A stretch of 64,000 bases of DNA from Vitrella brassicaformis CCMP3155 (GCA_001179505.1 CDMY01000243.1:558001-622000), one strand, 5' to 3'; shown: positions 12,655-24,739, numbered from the stretch's first letter. The notes: a model not told the origin generated them from the letters alone. Program-made: numbers and translations.

Positions 12655-14595
12655 TCACGCCTCCGCCCAGCCCACCGATTTGTCAGGTTTGCCGCCACCC
12701 CGGTCGCTGTCACTGAGCGTGTCAAAGGCTTCCTCGCCGAGCTCCTCCTGGTACTCACGGATGGCGGCGTTGGAGAGATCTGAGACCACTTTGAGGAATG
12801 CGAACAGACCCACCAGCACCAGGCCGGGCACCAGATAGGGGATCTTCTCCCCGCCCACGGATGACACTAGAGACCGACCCAACACACCGGAATACACATA
12901 CGCCTGACAGAGAGATGGATGGGCCGATGGATAAGCAAAGGGTCAACACACAGAGCAACTTAGCTTGTTGCCAGGTGTTTGTTGTGCATATGGTATGGTG
13001 CGTACCAGTGTGCCAGGAATGAACCCGAGCAGCGACGCGAGTGCATAGTCGACGAACTTGACGGATGTGAGGGAATACAGATAATTCGATATGGCGAAGG
13101 GCTGAGGACACACCACAGACAGACACATTGGCTGGCATCCATGTGTGGCATTCGTGTGTAAGTGTCATCATGAGCCCAGCTCACGAGGAAGGGCGAGAGC
13201 CTCAGCAGGAATATCATCTTGAAGCCTTCCTTTTCGACCACCTAACACACCAGAGGCACCGACATTCAGCGATCTCCTGTGTCCGGATCCCTCCATCCAC
13301 TCACTCACGCACTTTGTCAACCGCCCTGAACTTCGGGTTCTCTGCAAAGAACTCCTTGACGCGAGGACGCAGCAGTGTCCTAATCCAACACACACACACA
13401 CACACACAGGGAAGGAGAGTCTATGGTCTGAAGCTGTACGTGTGAGGCTGACCTGCCGAGTAGGAAAGACACCGACGCGGCCATCGTGGCGGCGATGCAC
13501 ACGGTGATGGTGCCCGGCACGATACCAAACAGATACCCAGCACTCGCCGTCAGAGGAATGGCTGCACACACACACAAAAGTACATTGCGTTTCCGCTGCA
13601 TGTCTGTCTGTTCATCCGTCGTGTCGTGCGCCACGCACCGGGCACAGCGAAAATCTCCGCTACTGTGTACAACAGTACGAAATACACATACCTGAAACAC
13701 ACACAAACAACACACACGAAAGAATACCACCGTCACGCCCCGCCTACTGCATGCCTCCCCCACCAGCCCCACCGGCCCCGCCCCGCTCACCCCAGCGGCC
13801 CCTGTTCCTCGATTCGCCTGACGGCCTCGTTGAGGAACTTGGTGGCCACGATGCCCTCTTTGTCAATCGACCCACCATACAACGCATCAGGGGCCGCCGA
13901 CTCATCACTTGATGCATCGCCAACAGGGGGGGCCGGGGGTGGTAACGCATCGGTGGCCAGCAGGTGTGCCGATCGGGGCGATAATTGTGTGGGGGCGGGG
14001 AATGGGGCGAGGGAGTGAGGGGACGACAGCCCCAATGCGGAGGGGGAGCCTGTGGACACACACGGGAAACAAATGGACCCGCTGTCTGTCGCGCAGGCGG
14101 TCTGTCTGCCCATTCTCTGCTCACTCACTTGCGGATGGTGACTCCACAAGTAGAGAGGCCGAGTGCACGGCAGACGTACCCTGCCCAGCCCACGCAAAAC
14201 AGACAGATAAGCAGCAACACAACGAACGCAGATCCACACACGGTGGGTCGGTCGTCTTGTCTTTTGGCTGGCTGGCTGACTGACTGACTGACCGTATCTG
14301 CGAGTGCATCAGGGACGGCCGTTGGCACACCCAAAAGAAGAGAAGGCATAACTACACCCAGCAAATCCACCCATGGCATCAACGAGCTTGACCGCGGCCC
14401 CCTGTCGTCCATCTGTGTTCCGTCCATTGACTCGGCAAGCCTCAAACGATGGCCTCGTCTGTGTCCATGTGGCGGCTGCGCCCGTGGTGCTTCTGTGAAG
14501 CATCTTGAGCTGCGGGCTGCTGGTGCAATGAAGGCGGTGGCTATGAGCGGGTGGGAGAGGACCAGATAGCTGAGGACAAAGACCGGCAGAGCCAT
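12655..14595 (-). CDS. VTT-domain (SNARE-associated Golgi, TVP38/TMEM64/DedA family) membrane protein with a bipartite plastid-targeting leader
   Basis: Exons give IPLTASAGYLFGIVPGTITVCIAATMAASVSFLLGR, FKMIFLLRLSP and PFAISNYLYSLTSVKFVDYALASLLGFIPGT, which are VTT/DedA hallmarks. N-terminus MALPVFVLSYLVLSHPLIATA-FIAPAARSSR (an in-frame upstream ATG lies at 14625). Stop at 12655-12657. Confidence 0.85.
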
Positions 14596-15041
14596 CGCTC
14601 TTCTGCCAGAAGAGTGATAACTCATCGTCAGCACCGGATAAGCGGGGCTACGGTAGATCTGCCAAAGCTGTGTGCGCCTGTCCTCTCGACAGCACCAAGC
14701 ACGTCACCGACATGGCCTGCCAATCCTCATCCTCATATCTGCCCGTCTTCGACACAATTCGATGATTCTTTCGTGAAATCGGTCGGCTCCTCAGCACTGA
14801 AGCTCGCAAGAGAGCCGGGCAGATGAAGCATCGGAGTGCTGCAAACCGATCCCTTTCCGTGGGTCTATTGTGCGTGGCTGCAGACGAAGCTTGAAGAACG
14901 AATTTCCCACACCACGCCTCTCGCTGAGGCCTCAAGACACTCACGATGCAGCCCACTGGTGCAGCGCCCTCACCCCGTCCCCCCAGCCCTGCCCTCTTCC
15001 AGCCCGCCGACCTCTTCGATCTGTCAGTGCCCATCAGCAAG

Positions 15042-16016
15042 ATGGCCGCCATGGCCATGTCGACTGACGATGCCAAACGAGCCGCTCTCCGCTCGCAGAT
15101 CGTCACCCGCACTCAGCAACAGGAGCTGCTGGGCCACTCTGCGGAGACCGTCAACAGCACCCTGCTCAACGGCGTCCAGCGACACATCGACAAGGCCATC
15201 TTGGCCTTCGACATTGGTGGTGACGTGGAGGGCGGCTTGAGATTCGTCTGGCTACTCGAGCGATGGGGCGGTTCCTTCGGCTGGCCTTCATCTATCGGCT
15301 GACTCCCGCCAACACGGCTCTGCCCCTTCAGCTGTCGGCCGACTCGCTGCCCACAGCAACGGCCTTCCACCAGCTGCCCCTCACAATGGCCATCTACAAG
15401 ACATTCAGCCACCTACTCACAGACGAATGGACCAGCCTGGCGCTGCAGCAGGCCGACAATGGGGACTATCACATCGGCGGTGTGACATTTCGTGTGGTGC
15501 CATATGGTGAGCTGCCGGGCGGCCATCGCTATGCTGACGGCTACAAGCGGACCGATCCCGTCATCCGCTGGGTCACTGACTGGCTCTTCCCCTCATTCTC
15601 GGCATTCCTGCTGCACACGCTGCTCAGTCTCTGGTGCGGTGAGGTGGATAGGAGGAGGGTGTTCGATGCAGCCGTCGGCCCTTATGACTATGGCCGTCTG
15701 CTGACCGAGGGCATCACAGAGGATGAGGGCATCGCTGTCGACTGGCGCTACGACAGATCTGAATGCTGCGAATCCGAGTGACTTTCGTCATGTGATAGTG
15801 AGCGGCTTCCGACACAACGAGAGCGTCGCTGCCAATGTCTGGGTGGGCTTCGACCGCATCAGTCTGAACACGACCGAGCCATCTGCCGCCGATACGTCTG
15901 CCGATGCGGCGGGTCCACTCGCTGTGCGCTTTCCCGTATCGGAGCCTCTGTGGCGCCGTTTGCTGCGGCTATTCGGTCTCGAGCGTTTGCTTCGACGGTG
16001 CTGGTGTGAGGGGTGA
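15042..16016 (+). pseudogene. Intronless lineage-specific family gene with two apparent frameshifts (~15260 and ~15757)
   Basis: The coding-like frame switches from ...GGLRFVWLLE to MGRFLRLAFIYRL..., and again from ...DWRYDR to LNAANPSDFRHVIVSGFR...RFPVSEPLWRRLL. No splice signals at either switch. Confidence 0.6.
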
Positions 16017-16872
16017 GTGGTGTTGGCCGGGTGGCGATTGGGTGGTGTTGGTGGATTGGATGCCATTGGTCTGAGAGGGTCTCTCTGTGTGAGCAGTGGT
16101 GGACGGGACTGAGTGCATTGTGTGTGTGCCATGGGTGGATGGCGTGCTCATCTTTGACAGACTCACATAAATGAGCGACTGATCAGCACAATTCATCGGC
16201 AACTGAAAATCCCTTGAGTGCTTTGGTTTGGTGCAGGGGCGGGTCGATACACACTGATGGACACATGACTTGATACTTTCACAGGAAGCCACCACACACA
16301 CACACACAGAGAGTCCATTGTGCACACGGCCACCCCTTCATTTGTGTGGCTGCGAGGAAAGGGTTGTTCTCTTGATGAAGGACTGCACTGAGACAGCACT
16401 TTACTGATGGAGGGGGTCTTTCCGTCTTCACACGTGCGGGTGTATGCGTGTCGACGTCCGATGCTGTGCGGTGCAGTGTGTGTGTGTAGGTGTGCTTATC
16501 TGTGTGTCCATATGACTGATACATCGATTCATCAGCATAACCATAAGGCGTTTCGCACATTCCATTCACACCCACACAAATCACATAAACGGCAGGCAGT
16601 CAAGGAGCGGCACAACGACCAGTGTTTGTTTCCTACTCATACATGCAGCCGGGGAAGGGACACGTCGGAACGGCTGTATGTCTGTCTCTCACCCTGCTGC
16701 GTTACACCCCATTATCTATCTCTCATCCTCGTGCCGCCACATTTTGCCCCCCAGCGTTGTCACACTGTCAAGGGAAGGAACACATCGCAAGGGCACCACG
16801 GCAGCAGACGGGCACAGTCAGCCGTTGCTGTCTGTGTGTCTATCTGTCTGTCTGTCTGTCTGTCTGTCGCTC

Positions 16873-18057
16873 CTACTTTAAGACGACAATCGACGCACCA
16901 CCTGACTCGTCCTGCTCATCCCATACCTTGCCCCCCAGCTGATCCCCCAGCACTCTCATCACGACAGAGCGCGTCTGGTCGTGGGACTGTGAAGATGGCC
17001 ACTCGTTCGTGAAGATCTCCACACAGCGATAGCCTCCCACCCCATGTCCCAGCCGAATGGCTACCATGTTCCCCTCGCCCATCGCCTCACTGCCCACCAC
17101 CACCAGCCGGCAACTCCATCCACCCTCCCTCTTCGTGTCGAGTATGACCGCCCCCCACTGCGCCGCATCGCTTTGAGAGGCCGCCAGCAGATCACCCACA
17201 CGCTGGTGTGCAGCAGAAGCACGACCGAAAGACGACCAGTGTCTGATGCGATTGATGTGGCCGCTGCTGATCAGCCAGTGGAACAGCTTGAAGGCCACCA
17301 TGGACGAGTAGTTGGGGTACGTGTAGCCGTTTAGCTGTGTGTGTGGGTCGGTGAGGTCGAATGGTGCATGAGGGAAGAAGGGGCTGGCAGAGACGAGGAG
17401 GGTGGGGTGACGACGGGCATCCGGGAAGAAGCAAAGGATGCCGTTGCCATCCATCAAGGGTCTCCGTTGGCCGCCATCGTCAACAGTGACCCCCCAGCTG
17501 AGTATCTTCCACTGGCGGACCGCCTCCGTCTCACTCATGAAGGCCGCCCGGCTGCCGAAGACGCCGAAGTTGTCATCCCCCAGCACCAGTGGCCTCTTGC
17601 CTCTCAGCAGATACAGCATCTCCAGCACTGGTTTCCATCTGGCCCAGCTGCCGCCCCTCTCCATCATCCAAAGCCGCCGGCTGAGCTGTTCGATGAGGTA
17701 TGCCACACAACAGCCGTGGCTGAGTGCCTCAGGGAGCGGCAGTTGGGGGATGAGCCACACGACGAGAGAACCGAGGCCGATAGTGGACAGCAGGACGGCC
17801 AACAGGCGCATCAGCATAGGCAGCAGAATTGGGGCGAGGGAGTTGCGGAGGGTCTTATCGATGCGGCTGAGGGCGATCATCCCGGCATAGTCACTGCTGC
17901 TGAGGCACTGGGCGATGGCCGGCGTCACTGTGGCAGCGACGGCTGAGAAGGGCACGCCCCCTTGCTGCTGCTGCTCGCCACCTGTAACCATCGTCACAGT
18001 GTCGTTACATGTGCCTTCATGGTTGCGTCTTTCTGCAGTGACAGTGTTGGTTACCAT
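16873..18057 (-). CDS. Single long-exon hypothetical protein of a lineage-expanded (Vitrella-type) family
   Basis: Uninterrupted 424-codon frame with first ATG at 18057. A splice acceptor near 18140 suggests an upstream exon. No recognisable catalytic motif. Confidence 0.7.
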   Translation of the reverse strand: MVTNTVTAERRNHEGTCNDTVTMVTGGEQQQQGGVPFSAVAATVTPAIAQCLSSSDYAGMIALSRIDKTLRNSLAPILLPMLMRLLAVLLSTIGLGSLVVWLIPQLPLPEALSHGCCVAYLIEQLSRRLWMMERGGSWARWKPVLEMLYLLRGKRPLVLGDDNFGVFGSRAAFMSETEAVRQWKILSWGVTVDDGGQRRPLMDGNGILCFFPDARRHPTLLVSASPFFPHAPFDLTDPHTQLNGYTYPNYSSMVAFKLFHWLISSGHINRIRHWSSFGRASAAHQRVGDLLAASQSDAAQWGAVILDTKREGGWSCRLVVVGSEAMGEGNMVAIRLGHGVGGYRCVEIFTNEWPSSQSHDQTRSVVMRVLGDQLGGKVWDEQDESGGASIVVLK

Positions 18058-18539
18058 TGGCAGTAGCCGGCGCGGCAGATGAAGATGGCTCGTCGGTAGA
18101 GTCACCGGCTCCTTCACAAGCAGCAGCCGACATCTGCACACCTGCAAAGAAAGAAAGCACGGACATCATATCAGTGAATGCACCGGTGGCGCCTCATCAA
18201 TCTGTTAGCCGCCGAGTGGCTTTCTTCCGCTTGCCGTACCTCAGTTGGCTACTCGGCTGCCCTTGACTGTCGCTCTGTTGCTGGAGGCAACTTGAAAGTG
18301 CCAGAAATCTGCAGGAAACACAAAGACATCGCACAGATTGTCATTGCTGGTGCCAGCAGGCCCTCTTGCTTGTCCTCTCTCACCTCAGTGCGTCAGATCA
18401 GCATCACTCAGTCAGATGGGCGGCGGCATCTGTGAGGATCGATGACATCACGACAGCTCAGTGGGCATCTCCCACACACTCTACAACGCCACGTGGTTAG
18501 TGAAATGCACGAAACAGCGTGGCCCCGCAGCAGAAAGCT

Positions 18540-19125
18540 CGCAGATGCGGGAGGTGCTCGGGCGGTGCTCTGGAGGTGATGGGCGTGGACGTGACGCAGA
18601 ACACGATTTCTGACCTGCTGAGCAGACAGATCGCTGAGCAGACAGATCTGTGACACGGGCGACTCTGCCTTTTGGAGGGGAGAAAGGCGCCCTGTCTGTC
18701 TATAGAGAGGTCTTCCACCCGCTGGTACTTGCTGCCGCACGACGCACACGTAGGCAAAAGGGGAGGAGGGAGAGATGGACAGACGGATGTGACTGATTGC
18801 TGCATGTGATGCGTGCAGGTGCTCACTCACCACGTCGTTGAGAGACGCTGCAGGCCAGCTGTTTGGGCCGGTGAGGGAGGAGAGGATGACTGAGCTGCTT
18901 GCTGGCACAGCCGCCCCAATGTGATGTGCAAGCGGCTCATGGGCATCAGGGCGTTCATGAGTCGCGCGGAGTTGCGAAAGACCATCGTGCAGGAGATCAC
19001 CCAGAGGGCGGGCCTGCATGCCCTCTTCACACGGCTGTGCGGCCAACGCGCCACACAGGTGAGATCAGGGGAAGAAGACGATGACACAGCACACAGTCGC
19101 CTGTGGCTAAGTGCAGAGCTGATCC

Positions 19126-19160
<35 letters not shown>

Positions 19161-19496
19161 TGTGCAGAGGGATGTCTCGCTGGTCAGCGTCAAGACTGAG
19201 TATATCGAGACCGTCCTCCCAGCCACATCGACGCCTATGCGAGAGGCCTCAGGAGCCTCACCGGCACGGGCAGCTCGCTGGCCGGGTATGCCGACATGAC
19301 CGCCGCCCAGATGCGGCGGATGGAGGAGGAGCTCTCGCGTGTGCGCTGCCCCCCTGCTATAGAGGAGAGAGCGGCCAGACACCGGCAGCCGCTGCGTGAC
19401 CCCTCGGTGCGCGAGAGAGTGGAGGGTGGGGTGGTGACACTGGCGGATGGGAAACGAGTGACGGAGGCTGACCTGGCGCTGAGCGTACACACCTGA
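18540..19496 (+). pseudogene. Possible degraded small multi-exon gene
   Basis: Coding-like exons MCKRLMGIRAFMSRAELRKTIVQEITQ... (~18910-19058) and ...HIDAYARGLRSL...RVEGGVVTLADGKRVTEADLALSVHT* (19167-19496), with an apparent frame break near 19225. Confidence 0.35.
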
Positions 19497-19881
19497 TCTC
19501 ATCTAGCTGTGATCGTCTGTCTGATAGCATTCTTATCCATGTGTGTGGTTCGTGTGTGCACTGTTTTGCGTGTCATTTGTTGTCTGGTCTGACTGGAGAT
19601 GTCTATTTGTCAGCGCATCTCTATGTGAGCGGTGGGATAGATATAATGAGCGACTGAAGCGAGAGACGGCATATATGTTCGTGAGGCCATGCGAATGAAA
19701 GACACGATTTGTCATGAATCGGTCACGAACACAGCTACAGAATCGGGTCGCCATTGTCTGTATGCAGTTGAAAAACGGTAAAACTCGCAATCAGAAGCGT
19801 CCTTGAATCGCAGCAAAGAGGAGGAGACAATGCAGCCATCTCACCCCCCACTCTACTGCCCTCTCCCTCTCCCTCTCAAAC

Positions 19882-21375
19882 TCAGTCGATGCCCAGCGAC
19901 ACGAACAGGCCGGTTCTCGACAGATGCCCTACCTGGCCCCACGCGAATTGGCAGTCCTGGTCGCCCAGATGCTCGTTGAAGCCCTTGACCACCCCACCCC
20001 CCACACCGTACTGGGCCGCCTCGTCCAGCCGGGCACGGTGCACCACCTCACGCACACCCGTCATGCTCACCACCTGTCCCCCACTGTCGCGGACGGCGAA
20101 GCACTGCAGCGGCACCCGCACCATCACGCCGCCCACACTGGCCATGCCGCCCACCACCTCCCTGTTGCTGCTCGTCCGGGTCGCTGCCGACTTGACGAAG
20201 TGGTTGACGGCCGCACGCACGCGGCGCCTCAGCACCGAGTCGGCGATGAGGTACTCGTCGATGGCCGCCACAGCGGCGGGGGGCTCGTGCAGGAAGGCGC
20301 CGATCTTCCATCCGACGGCCTCAGCCTCGTGTGGGCCGAATGCCATGTTGGATGGGGAGGGGTGGGGGTGGGCGCCGTCGTGGTGGGGGGCGAGGGGCAG
20401 CAGACGGGCGAGAAGCATCGAGTGGTCGCGCTGGGGGGCGAGGGCGCCGTTGATGGCCGACATGACGACCTCGGACAGCTCACTCAGCACTGTGGCGTAC
20501 TCGGTCAGCACCATCCCACGAGAGAGGCGGTCGCCCTCGGTGGCTGTGGGCATGCGGGCGATGGATGCGGCCGCCCCGAACCGCAGCAGCGTCTGGATGG
20601 TGGTCTTGTAGTCCTCGATCCGTCTTGAGTGCCACTCGTATTGCCCCTCTACATGTTGTTCAAATTGCTGCAGAAACACGTGCCGATAGAGCCCGTCGGC
20701 AGCATCTGCGAGTGGTGTCATGTTGGGCCGGTTCGGCCTGCCTCTGTTGACGTCGTCGGCCGTGAGCTGGCGGCACAGCCACTCGAGCACCCAGGGGAAG
20801 CCGTGGTCTGCCGCCACGTGCAGTGGCGTTTGGCCGAAGGTGTCTGTTGCTGTCATGTCGGCTCCGTGGCTGGCAATGACCTCCAGCGCCGTCACGTTGC
20901 CCGCAAGAATCGCCACTTGGATGGGGCTGTTCGTTTGTCCGCCTGCATTGACGTCCGCACCGCCGTCGATGAGTGCCTTGAGGATGTCATGCTGCAGCTG
21001 TCGGGAGGACCAGGGCGGAAGGACGACGGGCACTCGCCCTTGTGTGTAAGGCATATCATAGGCGCCGCTCGCAGAGAGGGATGGTATGTTTGTTGGGCTG
21101 TCGATGGCGAACGACAGGCAGCTGTATCGCCGGGTCGGGGCTGCTGTGGTGCCGCGGACGCGCAGGCCGCCAATGGATCTCGGGTCGGCTCCTTGCTGGA
21201 TCAGCTGTGTGACTTGCCCAAGTGTGAAGCTGCGGCGAATGCAGCCCTCCAACAGCTGCCGGCTGAAAGGACTGACGCCCTCATCGGGGACGATGTCGAC
21301 GTCGTCCAGCCCCTTCCAGCAGTATGGCACCAATTCCGGAAGTGCTTGCGATGCAGTCAACGACGACTGGTCCAT
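19882..21375 (-). CDS. Intronless ankyrin-repeat protein of the Vitrella-type expanded family. The ORF stays open upstream to an ATG at 21603.
   Basis: Ankyrin repeats: ALIDGGADVNA, SPIQVAILAGNVTALEVIASHGAD, FGQTPLHVAA, MTPLADAA. Characteristic C-terminal region MAFGPHEAEAVGWKIGAFL...HLGDQDCQF. Confidence 0.85.
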   Translation of the reverse strand: MDQSSLTASQALPELVPYCWKGLDDVDIVPDEGVSPFSRQLLEGCIRRSFTLGQVTQLIQQGADPRSIGGLRVRGTTAAPTRRYSCLSFAIDSPTNIPSLSASGAYDMPYTQGRVPVVLPPWSSRQLQHDILKALIDGGADVNAGGQTNSPIQVAILAGNVTALEVIASHGADMTATDTFGQTPLHVAADHGFPWVLEWLCRQLTADDVNRGRPNRPNMTPLADAADGLYRHVFLQQFEQHVEGQYEWHSRRIEDYKTTIQTLLRFGAAASIARMPTATEGDRLSRGMVLTEYATVLSELSEVVMSAINGALAPQRDHSMLLARLLPLAPHHDGAHPHPSPSNMAFGPHEAEAVGWKIGAFLHEPPAAVAAIDEYLIADSVLRRRVRAAVNHFVKSAATRTSSNREVVGGMASVGGVMVRVPLQCFAVRDSGGQVVSMTGVREVVHRARLDEAAQYGVGGGVVKGFNEHLGDQDCQFAWGQVGHLSRTGLFVSLGID

Positions 21376-21439
21376 CACACCAGGTCGCAAGGGACCACTG
21401 CGAGCTTTGAGTCGCTTTTGACCCGTGAGAGATTGCGTC

Positions 21440-22883
21440 ATGTCGTTTGTGAGCCGTTTCGCCTCGCCCCTCTCGGCCCTGTCGCCCGTCATGAGCCGGC
21501 GGGTGGCTTTCCCGTTGGCGTCGCAGCACCGGTCATTCACCAAGATGTCGTCCTTCACCAAGCCGCCGGTGCGCGTGGCGGTGACGGGAGCTGCCGGCGC
21601 CATCGGCTACGCCCTCATTTTCCGCGTCGCGTCAGGGCAGATGCTGGGCGCAGATCATCCCGTCATACTGCACCTCATCGAAGTCCCGCAGGTGGGTGCG
21701 CCGTGCCGTGCAGGCAGCAGACAGACAGCCCGACAAGCAGCCGACAGCACAGCAGCCTTCCTGTCAAATGATTTGTGTGTCATGGCTTGGCTTGGCTTGA
21801 CAATGTCAGGTGGAGGCGAATTTGAAGGGCGTCAAGATGGAGCTGGACGACTGCGCCTTCCCGACCCTGAAGGGCGTGGTGTGCACGAGCGACCTGGAGG
21901 TGGGCTTCGGCGACTGCGAGTACGCCATGCTGGTCGGCGCCAAACCCAGAGGGCCAGGCATGGAAAGATCGGACCTGCTCAAGGTAGGCTACCTACACAC
22001 GTGGACACACATTATATGCAGGCCCTTCGATGAACAGACACACGTACACTCCTTCCCTTGCTGCATTGTTTATGTTGTGTCTCGTGTGTCGGTCGTTGTG
22101 GTCAGGACAACGGCAAGATCTTCACGGGCCAGGGCAAGGCGTTGAGTGCGGCTGCCAAGCCGAGTTGCAAGGTGCTGGTGGTGGGCAACCCCGCCAACAC
22201 CAACGCCCTCATCGCCGCCCACAACAGCAAGAACATCCCCTTCGAGAACTTCACCGCCATGACCCGCCTGGACCACAACCGGGCCCTGACGCAGATAGCC
22301 CAGAAGGCCAAGTGCGACGTGGAGGACATCGACAAGTTCTGCGTGTGGGGTAACCACAGCCCCACCATGTACCCGGACCTCTCACACGCAACCATCAAGG
22401 GCACACCAGCCAAACAAGGTACGGACAGACGGCCGAATGCTGGGATGGATGGATGCACACCGACAAACGCACACACCTCGGTCGTGTCGTGTGGTGTCCG
22501 TCCTTCTCCCTTGCTTCCCTTGGTCAGTGATCAACGACGAGTCGTGGATCAAGAACGAGTTCTACCCCACAGTGCAGAAGCGCGGTGCGGCGGTCATCGA
22601 CGCGCGCAAGGCGTCCTCAGCGGCGTCGGCGGCGAACGGTGCTTTGGAGCACATCCGCGACTGGGCGTTGGGGACGGGTGGCAAGTGGACGTCGATGGGG
22701 GTGGTGTCTGACGACACGTACGGGCTGCAGAAGGGGCTGATCTACAGCTACCCCGTCACGTGTGCCAACGGGGTGTGGACCAAGGTGACGGGGCTGCCCG
22801 TCGACCAGCACAGCCACGACATGATGCAGCACACACTCAACGAGCTCGTCCAGGAGAGGGACATGGTCAAGGACATGCTGTGA
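21440..22883 (+). CDS. MDH: NAD-dependent malate dehydrogenase (MDH1/bacterial type-2 family) with an N-terminal presequence; 4 exons
   Basis: Exons 21440-21691, 21810-21983, 22106-22418 and 22527-22883 splice in frame. Motifs [57 protein letters not shown]. Confidence 0.96.
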
Positions 22884-23719
22884 GCCAGTCATCTGAGTGA
22901 GGGATCAGAGATAGATAGAGAGGGCGGGAGGGCGGGAGGGAGGGAGGGAGGGAGGGCAGATAGACAAACCACAGGCGGGGATGGATGGGTAGATAGACCA
23001 GACAGCATACATACGGCGTTTTACATGTTTTGTTTGCCGGCGAACTGCCTCCTGGCATGCCATGCGTGTGGTGTTCCGTTGGTGCGTTTGTGTTGGTAAG
23101 TAAGGTGTTCCTTCCTTTGTTGATGATCCTGTCCTGGTGGCCCCAGCCGGGCCGTAGCGGATCTACGGCTAGGCTGAGGTCAGAGGGATGAGGTCGCCGG
23201 TAAAGGAGGGAAGCCATCTGCGCCAACCAACCGTTCTGAGGGAGCAAGTGGACAGACTGATGCGTACGCCCTGAGTGAGTGGTGTATGTATGTTGTGTGT
23301 GGTTTGAGTGCGTGCATGGAACGCATCGCATCACGTTTAGAGGCCACTCGCCGAGTGTTTGTAGGTAGATGACAATCAATATGATGGCCTCGCCTCCCCC
23401 GACACACAGACAGACAGACAGAGACGATAGGTAGCCGCTGGTTCGTGCGTGTGGTGGGTTGGCTGCTCGACCCCACCCGTGCTCTTTTTCTGCGTGTGCG
23501 AATGTGCGCGTGCGATTTGTGTGTAAAGAGACAAACAGAATCGGTAACGGCAACACCAGCAGAGCGACAGACTTCTTGCACCGTTGTTCTAAATGCCAAA
23601 ACCGTTTCACGGCGGCACTACTCCCCCCGGAGTCAGTCCGCTGGCAAGAGGTGAATGGATAAAACATTTAACGCGACAACATACATCATCAATCTCGTCA
23701 CTTGTGTCGATGCAGGACA

Positions 23720-24739
23720 ATGAACGGCATCTCGGACGCCCTCCTGGAGCGCGTGGCGTCGCACCTCGTGCCTCGAGCACTGGCGTCCCTGTCCATGGCC
23801 AGCCGCAGGTGCGCCCGAGTGCGGCGCACAGATCTGTGGAGGGAGCACTTCGATGGGGAGGCGCGCAGATGGGACTTGTCCGCGCAGGTGGAGGGCTCCG
23901 AAGGGGAGGCCGTCATCTTCTGCCTCGAGTGAGCCACTGGTTGTCCCTGTTGATCGACACGACGAACTGACTATTTGCCTTGTCCGTCATGGTGTGTTGT
24001 GCAGCGGTGCGAGTGTGTTTCATGTGCTGAAGGTGCTGTCACTCGAGCGGCACCTGGCTGCCCTGCGGCTTGGCGATGTGGTGTGCTTCGGCAATTATCG
24101 CGATAGTGGCGCAGCGATAGTCACTGAGGACTTCACGCTGATTGAGAACCCTGACCATGGAGGTATGTCTGTGCTGTGCTGTGCCAAGGGTGCTCACTCC
24201 ATTGTTGCTTCTATTTGTTCCTCTGCTGTGCTGTGCTGTGCTATCTATGATGTGTGTGCATCGGTTGGCCAGGCGAGGGTTTCCTGACGGTGCCTCTGCG
24301 AGTGACGCGGCTGTTCCCTGATCCCCTCGCCAAGTACCGACACATACGAGTAGGACCATCAAGAGCACTGACCCCCTAGGACAGACACAGCACACTTGTG
24401 CCGTTCGTTTGCTTGCAGGTGTGCACGATGGAGTTTGCTCCCTCCTCGCCGGCCCTGTGTGCCCTCCTGCGCGCCCCTTCCCCGCTTCCATCAGCCGATT
24501 CGTTCGCCGCCCTGCGGGCCGTCGAGTACCACCTGGTGTGGAGCATGGAGGCCGACAAACAGGTGGAGGATGGCGGGCCCACCCAAGCAGCTGCCGGTGT
24601 GGGGGCGGTGCTGCGTGGTGCCCCTGACTTGGTGCTGGAGGTGCGGCTGGTGGACGATAGTGTCGTTCAGAAGAGATTTGTGATAGAGGCGGGAGTGGTT
24701 GACGCGGTCAGGGAGTGGCTGGGGGCACTGACAGAGTAG
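23720..24739 (+). CDS. Hypothetical protein with an F-box-like N-terminus; 4 exons
   Basis: MNGISDALLERVASHLVPRALASLSMASRRCARV...LWREHF is F-box-like. Exons ~23720-23928, 24005-24162, 24274-24349 and 24419-24739 join in frame. Confidence 0.6.

Noticed and set aside
20629-21771. 380-aa plus-strand ORF and other long ORFs overlapping the ankyrin gene
   Set aside because: Antisense or alternate-frame shadows of a GC-rich coding region; no motifs
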